From Acidimicrobiaceae bacterium (lineage in GTDB: Bacteria > Actinomycetota > Acidimicrobiia > Acidimicrobiales > Ilumatobacteraceae), in the NCBI GenBank assembly GCA_947488685.1, contig CANLAH010000001.1:1-42332 (forward strand): a stretch of 42,332 nucleotides of DNA, written 5' to 3'. A program made the position numbers and the translations under genes. Shown here one piece after another: positions 10,103 to 19,597 of this stretch. The notes under the pieces were generated by a model, which did not search any database, had not been told where the DNA came from, and was given only the letters and a program-made list of their open reading frames with translations. Numbering within the stretch: position 1 is the first letter of the stretch; each line of letters starts with the position of its first letter.

Positions 10103-12267
10103 TGGCAGACAGACCTCAGCGTTCACGGTTGGCCGTGCTTGGATCTGTGTCACTTATTTTGATTGGTCTTCTGACGGTCCGGTTGTGGTTTTTGCAGACT
10201 GTCGACGCACAGGGAATTCAAGAACGCGTGCGAGAAGTCCGGTCGCGAATTGTAAAACTCACTCCTGAGCGAGGCCGAATCACCGATGTGCGAGGTCGAA
10301 TTGTTGCCGACAATCAACGAATCTTGACAATTACGATCGATCGCTTAGTTATCGCACGCGATCTGCCCCGACAACAAATGTGGGACAGATTGTCAGGTGT
10401 TCTCAATATGACGGCACAAGATCTTGAAGATAATTTTCAGAGTAAACGCTATGACCCACTTCAACCAGTTCCGCTCAAAGAAGATGTCGCAGAAGACATA
10501 GGTATTTTTCTACGAGAACGATCTGAAGATTTTCCAGGTGTTGATGTTCGCGAAGATTGGCGTCGAGAATATCCGTACGCTCCAATGGCAAGTCATATCA
10601 TCGGGTTTTTGGGAGCCATCAAAGAAAACGAAGTCTCGATGTATAAAAATTTAGGGTATGACCCGAATGCGCGAGTTGGGCAGTTCGGAGTTGAGCAGAC
10701 CTATGAGGGGGCACTTCGCGGAATCCCTGGCTTTGTGAAGTACGAAGTTGACTCACTTGGCAATGTTTTACGAGAACTTGATCGCAAAGAGCCAGTTCCG
10801 GGAAACGATGTCCAACTCAGCATCGACCTTGATATCCAACAATTCACCGAGCAAGCATTACAGACTGAAATATCAGTTCGGCGTCGAACCGAGGCAGCCA
10901 CCGTGATGCTGGATGATGTACCGGATCCCAAGTATCCGGCAGTGACGTACTACAAGGCTCCTGCTGGATCAGCAGTTGTCTTGAATCATGACACTGGAGC
11001 GGTAGTGGCGATGGCGAGCTATCCAAATTTTGATAATAGGTGGTTTAATTCTGGCATTTCCGCCGAAAAGTTTGGACAAATTTTTCCAGTGACCGATGAC
11101 CCAGACCAATCAATATTGGTTAACCGAGCAATTTCTGGCAGATACAACTTGGGATCATCTTTTAAACCATTTGTTGCCTATGCGGCTTTGCATTCTGGAC
11201 AATTGGTTGGTGGTACTAAGTATTACCTAAAAGACGACGGCTACTACCAGCTAACGAGCATTCCGAAAGAGCGGTGTCAATTAAACGTTAAGTGTATTTT
11301 TAAAAATGCAACGTGCGGAAATGGCGCTCCATGTCGTTATGGCCGAGTCAATGTGGTCGACGCGTTAGCGGTGTCATCGGACGTGTTTTTTTATAAAATT
11401 GGAGAAGAGATTTTTTCTGAACGCGGAAACCGACCTGTACTCGAAGAAGAAGTTCGTCAATTCGGGTTTGGTGCACCAACCGAAATTGACCTGCCGTACG
11501 AATTCGTCGGAACAGTACCCGGCAAAGACCTTAAAAAGCGTCTAGCCGCAGCGGGTGCAATTACTGCAGATGAAGGACGCAGTTATTACGTTGGCGACAA
11601 CGTACAGTTTTCAATTGGACAAGGCTTGATGTCAGCAACACCCTTGCAAATGGCCGTTGCTTATAGCGCGTTGGCTAATGGCGGTTTAGTTTTGCGCCCC
11701 AAGGTAGTTCGCGCAACCTGGACGCCCGGAACTCCAACGACAAAATCTGGGCGACTCAATTTTGCTGCCGGAGTACTGAGTAAAGATTTATCTGATGCAG
11801 TTGTTACAAGGGACATGAACATGCCAGCCGAAATTCGAGATCCGATTGTCGAAGGATTGACTCGAGTCATTAATGGTCCCGGTGTTCGTTCGGATATCTA
11901 TCACTCAACAACAGGGGAACGACTATTTAAGAGTTATCCCAAGAACGTGCTTCCGATCGCAGGCAAAACAGGCACTGCACAAGGTTTTGGAAACCTCCCG
12001 TGGAATGACTCATCTGCATTTGGCGCATTCAGTAAAAATCCCGAAAAACCATATACGGTCTATGCGTATTTAGAGAAGAGCGGCTACGGCTCGCGGGCTG
12101 CTGCACCCGTCGTAAAATGTATTTTCACAGCACTTGCGGAACGCACACGAGTAGACCCTGCTGTGCCCGCAGACCCACTCGATCGCAGCAGTGTTGCTCC
12201 TGCAACATCACAATCGCTGACCAATCCACTTTGTCTTGTCGGCAGTGGCTCAACGGTGCGTGACTAA
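10102..12267 (+). CDS. mrdA: penicillin-binding protein 2 (elongasome class B transpeptidase)
   Basis: 721 aa. N-terminal TM helix, then SSFKP (SxxK), VSSD (SxN/D) and KTGTA (KTG) in the expected order. Confidence 0.9.
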   Translation: MADRPQRSRLAVLGSVSLILIGLLTVRLWFLQTVDAQGIQERVREVRSRIVKLTPERGRITDVRGRIVADNQRILTITIDRLVIARDLPRQQMWDRLSGVLNMTAQDLEDNFQSKRYDPLQPVPLKEDVAEDIGIFLRERSEDFPGVDVREDWRREYPYAPMASHIIGFLGAIKENEVSMYKNLGYDPNARVGQFGVEQTYEGALRGIPGFVKYEVDSLGNVLRELDRKEPVPGNDVQLSIDLDIQQFTEQALQTEISVRRRTEAATVMLDDVPDPKYPAVTYYKAPAGSAVVLNHDTGAVVAMASYPNFDNRWFNSGISAEKFGQIFPVTDDPDQSILVNRAISGRYNLGSSFKPFVAYAALHSGQLVGGTKYYLKDDGYYQLTSIPKERCQLNVKCIFKNATCGNGAPCRYGRVNVVDALAVSSDVFFYKIGEEIFSERGNRPVLEEEVRQFGFGAPTEIDLPYEFVGTVPGKDLKKRLAAAGAITADEGRSYYVGDNVQFSIGQGLMSATPLQMAVAYSALANGGLVLRPKVVRATWTPGTPTTKSGRLNFAAGVLSKDLSDAVVTRDMNMPAEIRDPIVEGLTRVINGPGVRSDIYHSTTGERLFKSYPKNVLPIAGKTGTAQGFGNLPWNDSSAFGAFSKNPEKPYTVYAYLEKSGYGSRAAAPVVKCIFTALAERTRVDPAVPADPLDRSSVAPATSQSLTNPLCLVGSGSTVRD

Positions 12268-13442
12268 TGGCCTTCGCACTTTTTGAACGTTCGCCTAGCT
12301 CGGGTCTTGGCAATATTCGTCGCAGCTATGGTGAGCCCAGTCGCAATATCGATTGGGTACTGATGGTAGCGGTGGCGGTTCAAACCACGATTGGTGCTGT
12401 GATTGTGTATTCAGCAACACGACCACGCCTTCTCAACAGAGGGGCAGATCCATTTTATTTTCTTCAACGCCAGATTATTTTCATTATTTTTGCAGCGGCA
12501 ATTTTGGCCTTCATCATGTTGCTTGACTACGGAGGACAATTACGCGGTAACGCAGGTCTGCTCTATGTTGGGACAATCATCTTGCTTGTTCTCGTACTTG
12601 TTGCAGGAGCCGCGACAGGAGGAGCCCGGCTCTCATTCAATTTGGGGCCAGTTTCATTGCAGCCATCTGAGTTTGCCAAGGTGGCAACCTTGCTTCTGCT
12701 GGCAGGGTTCTTGGCAGATGACGACTCAGACTCGGTGTCGTATGAGCGATTTATTCAAGGACTGATGTTGGTCGGTCTTCCTGCGGCGCTGATTACGGTC
12801 GAGCCCGACTTGGGGTCAGCATCTGTATTAGTTGCATGTGCGATGGGAGTCATGCTGGTAGCCGGAGCACGAATGCGCAATATTGTTTTTGTAACGAGCC
12901 TCGCAATCGTGTCAGTGACTGGAGCAGTTGCAGCTGGCGTGGTGAGCAATTACCAATTGCGCCGAATCACTGCTTTTTTTAACCAGAACTCAGATGAGAC
13001 GAGATTGCAATCAATTGTGTATCAAGTTCGATTTGCTAAGCGAGCCGTCGCCAACGGAGGATTGTTTGGGAAGGGATATCTCAAGGGACCCCTCACTAAC
13101 GGCGCTTTTATTCCGGTGCAGTCCACAGACTTTGTCTTTTCCGCGATCGGGGAGCAGTTTGGACTAGTGGGGTGTCTCAGTGTGCTCATCATCCTCGGGG
13201 TGATTTTGTGGCGAGTTTTTCGGATTGCCCAAATGGCAAAAGATCGATTCGGCCGATTTCTGTGTGCCGGCGTCTTCACGATGATTCTGTGGCAATCTTT
13301 TCAAAATATTGGGATGACAATGGGACTTATGCCCGTAACGGGGGTTCCGCTGCCATTTGTCAGTTATGGCGGTTCTCACACGGTGGCCTTTGCAATCATG
13401 GTCGGAATCGTCCAGAACGTGCATATGCGCCGTTTTCGGTAG
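12267..13442 (+). CDS. rodA: SEDS-family peptidoglycan glycosyltransferase RodA
   Basis: 391 aa polytopic protein with PSEFAK and other FtsW/RodA/SpoVE-type motifs. TAATG overlap with mrdA. Confidence 0.9.
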   Translation: MAFALFERSPSSGLGNIRRSYGEPSRNIDWVLMVAVAVQTTIGAVIVYSATRPRLLNRGADPFYFLQRQIIFIIFAAAILAFIMLLDYGGQLRGNAGLLYVGTIILLVLVLVAGAATGGARLSFNLGPVSLQPSEFAKVATLLLLAGFLADDDSDSVSYERFIQGLMLVGLPAALITVEPDLGSASVLVACAMGVMLVAGARMRNIVFVTSLAIVSVTGAVAAGVVSNYQLRRITAFFNQNSDETRLQSIVYQVRFAKRAVANGGLFGKGYLKGPLTNGAFIPVQSTDFVFSAIGEQFGLVGCLSVLIILGVILWRVFRIAQMAKDRFGRFLCAGVFTMILWQSFQNIGMTMGLMPVTGVPLPFVSYGGSHTVAFAIMVGIVQNVHMRRFR

Positions 13443-13568
13443 CAATCTCAGGTAAACTTCATCCACAGGACAAATAGGTCCTCACGATCGTTCGGGTGAT
13501 GGCGCCGCAATGGCTGCCATCGGCCCAGCATGGCGCGCTGTTCGGCGCGACGTGGGAAGGGATTTTTC

Positions 13569-15323
13569 ATGGACACCGGAAGCGGTGCTACACCAGCACA
13601 GAAGCGTCGTCGCGGATCACGTGGCGGCAAAAATCGCAATAAAAGACCAGCCATTGATGGCCTCGTGACTCACGATGATGAAGTTTCCGACGAGTCAGAA
13701 GTGATTTCGAACGAGACTGTTAACCCAAGCGAACTACCTGATCCTCCTCAAGAAGGTCGTGTCCGCGACCCGGAGGTGGCGCAACAAGCTCTCGTTCGTC
13801 GGCCTCAAATTGGAGACACTAGGCCTGCACCACGGGTGGCCGTCACCCAGCCAACGCAGCCTCAGAGCGGAGCTGCACAGGGTAACTCAAGTGCCACTTC
13901 TGAAAATGCGCAGACAAATTCGGCAAAGAAACGAAATCGCAGGGGCGGACGAAATCGAAACCGCAGTGATTCTGGGCCAGCGCCCAAGAGGACGGCTGTT
14001 GAGACCGATGCCAGCATCATCGAAAGACGTCGTGGCCGAGAGCGCAATGGTCGTCCCGTTGGCAGATATTTCATGTGCGTCCAGGTGCGCGGCGGCATTA
14101 CTCAAGTTGCAGTTCTTGAAGGACGAAGCTTGATTGAGCACTACGTCAGCCGACCAGCCGACGATGTCGCCCAGATTCATGGAAACATTTATCTCGGGCG
14201 AGTGCAAAATGTTTTGCCCGGAATGGAAGCGGCCTTTGTTGATATTGCAACACCTAAGAACGCTGTGTTGTATCGCGGAGACGTGCAGTTTGAGCATGAA
14301 GACGTCGAGGGTGCTCCCGAGGCACGAATCGAACAGATCCTGCGTTCGAGTCAGATGATTTTATGTCAGGTGACAAAAAATCCAATCGCCGCAAAAGGTG
14401 CCCGATTAACACAAGAAGTGTCCTTGCCTGGTCGGTTTGTCGTTTTGATTCCCAACAGCAAGGCGTATGGCATTTCAAAGCGTCTTCCTGATGCAGAGCG
14501 TCGCCGATTGCGATCGATTCTTGATCGTGTCAAGCCCCAAGAGCATGGTGTTATTTTGCGTACAGCAGCAGAATTTGCGACGGAGCAAGAACTAACCGCC
14601 GACATGACGCGTCTTGTCGAGCAGTGGAAAATTATTGAAGACAAAGCCAAGAGCGCCAAGGGTCCGACATTGTTGTATCGCGAGCCTGAACTTGCAGTGC
14701 GAGTCATACGCGAGGAGTTCACGGCTGAGCATCGTGGTGTAATCATTGACGATCGTCGGTTGTATGAAGACGTCAAAGACTACGTCAGCGCATTTAATCC
14801 AGAACTTGCTGATCGAATTGAGTACTACGATGCCGAGGCAGAAACACTGTCGCTGTTTGAGACACATCATGTTCACGAACAATTACACAAGGCTCTTGAC
14901 CCCAAAGTGTGGCTGCCATCGGGTGGCTCACTAATCATCGAGCACACTGAGGCATTGACGGTCATTGACGTCAACACAGGTAAAAACGTTGGCACAACGA
15001 GCCTCGAAGAAACTGTGTTTCGCAATAACCTAGAAGCGGCCGAAGAGGTGGCTCACCAATTGCGCCTCCGAGATATTGGCGGAATCATTGTCATTGACTT
15101 CATCGACATGGAAATCAAGGACAACCGCAAGAAAGTTCTCGAGTCATTCCGAGCCGCCTTGAGCAGGGATAAGACTCGGACGCAAGTCTTTGATATTTCT
15201 GAACTTGGCCTTGTCGAAATGACCCGTAAACGCATTGGTGAGGGTCTGTTGAATTCGTTTACCGAGACATGCCCTGACTGCGAAGGGCGCGGAGTCAAGG
15301 TCGATTTTGAGCTTCTGAACTAG
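13569..15323 (+). CDS. rne: ribonuclease E/G family endoribonuclease with an Arg-rich N-terminal extension
   Basis: ORF 13530..15323. I prefer ATG 13569 (GGGAAGGG upstream). S1 domain GNIYLGRVQNVLPGMEAAFVDI, catalytic VIDVNTGK, Zn-link CPDCEGRG. Position upstream of rplU-rpmA is typical of actinobacteria. Confidence 0.85.
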   Translation: MDTGSGATPAQKRRRGSRGGKNRNKRPAIDGLVTHDDEVSDESEVISNETVNPSELPDPPQEGRVRDPEVAQQALVRRPQIGDTRPAPRVAVTQPTQPQSGAAQGNSSATSENAQTNSAKKRNRRGGRNRNRSDSGPAPKRTAVETDASIIERRRGRERNGRPVGRYFMCVQVRGGITQVAVLEGRSLIEHYVSRPADDVAQIHGNIYLGRVQNVLPGMEAAFVDIATPKNAVLYRGDVQFEHEDVEGAPEARIEQILRSSQMILCQVTKNPIAAKGARLTQEVSLPGRFVVLIPNSKAYGISKRLPDAERRRLRSILDRVKPQEHGVILRTAAEFATEQELTADMTRLVEQWKIIEDKAKSAKGPTLLYREPELAVRVIREEFTAEHRGVIIDDRRLYEDVKDYVSAFNPELADRIEYYDAEAETLSLFETHHVHEQLHKALDPKVWLPSGGSLIIEHTEALTVIDVNTGKNVGTTSLEETVFRNNLEAAEEVAHQLRLRDIGGIIVIDFIDMEIKDNRKKVLESFRAALSRDKTRTQVFDISELGLVEMTRKRIGEGLLNSFTETCPDCEGRGVKVDFELLN

Positions 15324-15415
15324 TTCTGGACCCCAAGATCGGCAAGAAAATACCCAAATCCAGTGAGATGGCGATTGTCATTTCATCAATGAGAGAGATA
15401 GAGTCAATGACTGTT

Positions 15416-15727
15416 ATGTACGCAGTAATCGCATCAGGTGGCAAGCAAGAAAAAGTAGCCCAAGGACAACAGGTCCAGGTTGAACTTTTGCATGTCGAGG
15501 ACGGGACAGAAGTGTCACTCCGACCCATCATGCTCGTCGACGGTGACGCGATCTTGGCAACACCAGATCAACTCAAAGGTGCATCGGTAACTGGTCGTGT
15601 GATCGGCACCGCAAAGGGTCCTAAAATTGACGGCTTCACATACAAGCGACGCACGAATCATCATCGTCGCTACGGGCATCGTCAACAATATTCTGTCGTC
15701 GAAATTACTTCGATTCTGAAAGGCTGA
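15416..15727 (+). CDS. rplU: 50S ribosomal protein L21
   Basis: ORF 15368..15727 trimmed to ATG 15416 (MYAVIASGGKQEKV...). Confidence 0.95.
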   Translation: MYAVIASGGKQEKVAQGQQVQVELLHVEDGTEVSLRPIMLVDGDAILATPDQLKGASVTGRVIGTAKGPKIDGFTYKRRTNHHRRYGHRQQYSVVEITSILKG

Positions 15728-15733
15728 CACCAG

Positions 15734-15988
15734 ATGTCAAAGACCAAAGGCGGCGGCTCTACGCGAAACGGACGTGACTCAAATGCTCAGCGTTTGGGGG
15801 TCAAAGTTTTTGACGGCACCAGCATCAATGCCGGAACAATTCTTGTGCGTCAGCGCGGAACAACCGTGCATCCCGGAAAAAATGTTGGCAAAGGCAAAGA
15901 CGACACACTGTTCGCTCTTGTTGCTGGCAATGTGAAGTGGGGCGAACGTCGTGGCCGTAAAGTGGTCGACGTGCTCCCAAGTGCCTGA
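15734..15988 (+). CDS. rpmA: 50S ribosomal protein L27
   Basis: 84 aa, [24 protein letters not shown]. Confidence 0.95.
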   Translation: MSKTKGGGSTRNGRDSNAQRLGVKVFDGTSINAGTILVRQRGTTVHPGKNVGKGKDDTLFALVAGNVKWGERRGRKVVDVLPSA

Positions 15989-16021
15989 GTTTTTCTGACT
16001 CCTCAAACCTGAGGCGACTGA

Positions 16022-17197
16022 CTACTGCTCGATAGATGTATCAATGCCTTGTGGCAATTTGGATGTGTCGTACTGAAGCAAAGTAATTGCCTGTCGACAT
16101 GCAAAACGATCTGTCATTCCGCCGACATACGTGACTGCGTTACGCACCGCAAGGGTGCTGCCCGGGTCTGCAGGTGCGAAATCAGATTCCAGCGGCAAAT
16201 CGCGTGGGTGTGACGCAAAATGATCAACCAAAGAACGCAGCAAGTCAATGACGGCTTGCGCTTGTGCTTGGGATTCTGGGCGCAAATAGACCTGGTCATA
16301 ATTGAATTGTCGAAACGCCGCGAGTGCGTCAGCGATGTCAGGAACCATCCCGATGCGACCTGTGGCTGCGCTTGCTTGAATCATTGAGTGGATAAAGGTG
16401 CGAAGTTGTTGGGCACGAGTAACGCCGCAACGGGTGCGCACAAGATCGGGGAGTTGTTGTGGAGTGACGACTCCGGCAGCAACGGCGTCTTCAAAGTCGT
16501 GACAGACATACGCAATACGGTCTGCCCAACTGACGACTTCGCCTTCGGGTGTGCCTGGTGCTGGCCGTGACCAACTGTGATTGCGGATTCCGTCCAGTGT
16601 CTGTGTGCACAGATTGAGCGACACCAACACAACATCAGATCCCCAAACGGCATGGTCGTAACCACCATCGATATAGGGAGATAATGCATCTTCGCTGGCG
16701 TGCCCACCTGGTCCGTGTCCGCAATCATGCCCGAGAGCAATGGCCTCAGTAAGAGCAACATTGAGTCGCAAAGCGCGAGCCACCGACACCGCAACTTGAG
16801 CAACCTCGAGCGCGTGGGTAAGTCGGGTGCGTTGATGATCGTGAGGGAAGACAAATACTTGAGTTTTTCCGGAGAGACGACGAAAGGCAGATGCATGCAA
16901 AATGCGGTCGCGGTCGCGTTCGAAACAAGTGCGATACTCGTCGGGCTGTTCGTCTATCGCGCGCGTCCCAGAACCGGTGGCATGTGTCGCGAGTGGAGCA
17001 AGAATGCCTGCATCGGCGTCCTCTCGGGCAAAGCGATCAGCGATCTCGGTCGTTCCTGGACCGGCCCACGAGTCGGCATGCGCTAACCGAATATCAGATG
17101 TGAGGTGACCTGCCATTGTGGCTGCCCAATCGCGAGAGCGCTTGGAGTGATCGAACTGCGCAGAATCTTCATCGGCCATATCAATACGATAGGTCAC
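16022..17197 (-). CDS. dgt: dGTPase-like deoxynucleoside triphosphate triphosphohydrolase (HD domain)
   Basis: 391 aa. FERDRDRILHASAFRRLSGKTQV, then HD-domain residues RLTHALEV...LGHDCGHGPGGH. An alternative start exists at 17179. Confidence 0.85.
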   Translation of the reverse strand: MTYRIDMADEDSAQFDHSKRSRDWAATMAGHLTSDIRLAHADSWAGPGTTEIADRFAREDADAGILAPLATHATGSGTRAIDEQPDEYRTCFERDRDRILHASAFRRLSGKTQVFVFPHDHQRTRLTHALEVAQVAVSVARALRLNVALTEAIALGHDCGHGPGGHASEDALSPYIDGGYDHAVWGSDVVLVSLNLCTQTLDGIRNHSWSRPAPGTPEGEVVSWADRIAYVCHDFEDAVAAGVVTPQQLPDLVRTRCGVTRAQQLRTFIHSMIQASAATGRIGMVPDIADALAAFRQFNYDQVYLRPESQAQAQAVIDLLRSLVDHFASHPRDLPLESDFAPADPGSTLAVRNAVTYVGGMTDRFACRQAITLLQYDTSKLPQGIDTSIEQ

Positions 17198-17244
17198 GGC
17201 TGGATCAGAGATGCGCGGTGCATGTCACCGATAGCCTGACATGC

Positions 17245-18495
17245 ATGAGTGTGTTCGTTGACGAGGCGCAATTAAATGCCAAGGGTGGTGACGGGGGTGC
17301 TGGCTGCGTAAGTTTTCGGCGCGAAGGTCCAGAGGCCTTTGGCGGCCCAAATGGCGGAGATGGCGGCAAAGGTGGAGATGTTTGGCTAGTTGCAGATCGC
17401 AATGCTGCGTCACTATTGGCATTTCGTGATCATCCTCACCGCAGCGGTGCAGATGGGGTGCACGGCAAAGGAAAAGATCTACACGGAAAACGCGGAGCCG
17501 ATCTGTTGATTGCTGTTCCGGAAGGAACCATCGCACGGGATTTGTACACCGGCGAAATACTTGCAGACCTCGTGAACCACGGGGACAAATGGCTCGCTGC
17601 ATCTGGTGGTCGCGGTGGTCGCGGCAACGCACGATTCATGACCAATCGTCGACGTGCACCAAGTTTCGCTGAACAAGGAGAACACGGAGCCGAGCGGTGG
17701 ATGAGATTAGAACTCAAACTGATGGCTGATGTTGCGCTCGTTGGATTTCCAAATGCCGGGAAAAGCACTTTTATCAGTGTTGTGTCTGCTGCAAAGCCAA
17801 AGATCGCTAATTATCCGTTCACCACTCTTGAGCCTCATCTTGGCGTCGTGCGTGTAGATAGTGCGACTGAATTTGTGATGGCAGATATTCCAGGATTGAT
17901 CGAGGGTGCAAGCGAAGGTCGCGGTTTGGGGCACCAGTTTTTACGACACGTTGAGCGTGCTCGTGTGCTGTGCTATCTCATTGACCTAGATTCAATGGAA
18001 GCAATCTCCCCTGAAGAACAGCTCGAAACCTTGCGCCGTGAGATTGGTCAGTATCGACCAGAACTTCTTGATCGGCCATCTTTGGTGGTGGGCACAAAAG
18101 ATGACAGTGTGAGCGCTGACGCGATTGCTGAGTGGCCACACGACCACATGTCAGCCATCACCCGTGCAAATGTCCAAGGAATTGTCGGAAAACTGGCAAC
18201 TTTGGTGCAAGAGGCTCGTGGTCAAGAACCAGTCTTTGAGGCGACTGTCATTATGCGCCCAGAGCCCGATGGCAGTTGGGTCGAGCGCATCGGAGAGGCC
18301 GAATTCCGCGTCTTTGGTCGAACGGCATTGCGTGCAGTCGCCCTCAATGACGTCTCTAGTCCTGAATCTCTGAACTACATCGACGACCGCCTGAGCAAGC
18401 TCGGTGTGCCCAAACTCCTTGCTCGGGCAGGTGCAAAGGCCGGAGACGTGGTCTGGATCGCGGAATTCAGTTTCGAATACATTCCGGATATGTGA
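17245..18495 (+). CDS. obg: GTPase Obg/CgtA
   Basis: ORF 17116..18495 trimmed to ATG 17245 (MSVFVDEAQLNAKGGDGGAGCVSFRRE). G1 GFPNAGKST, G3 DIPGLIEGA, and a C-terminal Obg_CT-like domain. Confidence 0.95.
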   Translation: MSVFVDEAQLNAKGGDGGAGCVSFRREGPEAFGGPNGGDGGKGGDVWLVADRNAASLLAFRDHPHRSGADGVHGKGKDLHGKRGADLLIAVPEGTIARDLYTGEILADLVNHGDKWLAASGGRGGRGNARFMTNRRRAPSFAEQGEHGAERWMRLELKLMADVALVGFPNAGKSTFISVVSAAKPKIANYPFTTLEPHLGVVRVDSATEFVMADIPGLIEGASEGRGLGHQFLRHVERARVLCYLIDLDSMEAISPEEQLETLRREIGQYRPELLDRPSLVVGTKDDSVSADAIAEWPHDHMSAITRANVQGIVGKLATLVQEARGQEPVFEATVIMRPEPDGSWVERIGEAEFRVFGRTALRAVALNDVSSPESLNYIDDRLSKLGVPKLLARAGAKAGDVVWIAEFSFEYIPDM

Positions 18496-18505
18496 GTCTG
18501 TAGAG

Positions 18506-19597
18506 ATGAAGATTGTTGTCAAAATCGGAACTTCGTCGCTCACCAGTGATGATGGCGTATTGCGTCACGATGTGGTGGCTGCGATAGCAGACCAGATCTC
18601 ACGGGCCAAGACACAGGGGCACGACGTTGTGCTTGTCACTTCTGGGGCAGTCGCGCTCGGCATCGCTGGCCTTCGTCTTGATCGCAGACCCACAGACGTG
18701 CTTTCGTTGCAGGCATTGTCTGCAGTTGGACAACCACAGTTGATGGCCGCATACGCAAAAGCATTTGAGTCACACGGACATGTGATGGCACAAGTCTTGC
18801 TCGTGCCACATGACTTTGTAGATCGCACTCAATACCTGCATGCACGCGACACCATGCTCAAACTTCTTGAACTTGGTTGCATCCCGGTTGTTAACGAAAA
18901 CGATGCAATAGCCAATAACGAAATCAGATACGGCGACAATGACCATTTATCGGCATTGGTGTCACATCTCGTCTCGGCGGATGTGTTGCTCTTGCTGACA
19001 GACACAGATGGCCTATACACGACTAATCCACACACTGATTCGACTGCTCAAATCATCCCCGTTGTCACCGCAGATGATCCACTTTTTCAAGTCGATGCAA
19101 GACAATCCGGAACAGATCGCGGGAGCGGCGGGATGGCATCCAAGATTGCTGCTGCACGCATCGCCTCATGGTCAGGTGTAGTGGCTGTCATTGCATCTGC
19201 CGAAACTCCCGACGTAATAGCACGCATTATCGCCAACGAGAGCAAAGTCGGAACATGGTTCTTGCCCCACGATCGTCAACTTTCGGCACGCAAGTTGTGG
19301 ATCGCATTTGCCGCAGAAGTAGAAGGATCTGTCGTTGTTGATGCTGGCGCCTGCGAAGCACTCATCTCTCGAGGCACGTCATTGCTGCCTGCAGGAGTGG
19401 TGAGTGTCGTTGGCAATTTTGTGGCGGGAGCAACGATTGAGATATGTGACGAAGCGAGTCGTGTTGTGGCCAGGGGCATGGCAGCAATGTCAAGTCTTGA
19501 GATCGAGCAGAGTCAAGGCAAGCGCAGTTCTGACATCGGCAGCAATGTGTCAATCGAAGTAGTGCACCGCGACGACCTAGTGATTTTGCAACTCTAA
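18506..19597 (+). CDS. proB: glutamate 5-kinase (with C-terminal PUA domain)
   Basis: ORF 18404..19597 trimmed to ATG 18506 (MKIVVKIGTSSLT...). VNENDAI motif. Confidence 0.93.
   Translation: MKIVVKIGTSSLTSDDGVLRHDVVAAIADQISRAKTQGHDVVLVTSGAVALGIAGLRLDRRPTDVLSLQALSAVGQPQLMAAYAKAFESHGHVMAQVLLVPHDFVDRTQYLHARDTMLKLLELGCIPVVNENDAIANNEIRYGDNDHLSALVSHLVSADVLLLLTDTDGLYTTNPHTDSTAQIIPVVTADDPLFQVDARQSGTDRGSGGMASKIAAARIASWSGVVAVIASAETPDVIARIIANESKVGTWFLPHDRQLSARKLWIAFAAEVEGSVVVDAGACEALISRGTSLLPAGVVSVVGNFVAGATIEICDEASRVVARGMAAMSSLEIEQSQGKRSSDIGSNVSIEVVHRDDLVILQL

Noticed and set aside
13443-13568. Small hairpins in the rodA-rne spacer (GGAC-AAATAG-GTCC, CGCGC-TGTTCG-GCGCG) considered as an RNase E autoregulatory leader
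   Set aside because: The stems are only 4-5 bp and I cannot show conservation. This is plausible by analogy with the E. coli rne 5' UTR, but there is too little support to call a feature.
15324-15415. rne-rplU spacer considered as a ribosomal-protein L21 leader
   Set aside because: Only weak hairpins with 4-6 bp stems are present, and I recognise no resemblance to a known leader motif.
16022-17197. dGTPase-like gene considered as an anti-phage dNTP-depletion defence gene
   Set aside because: Its length and motifs match the ordinary actinobacterial Dgt type. No other defence or mobile genes flank it, and the neighbours are core ribosomal and GTPase genes. Only the unusual location is reported.
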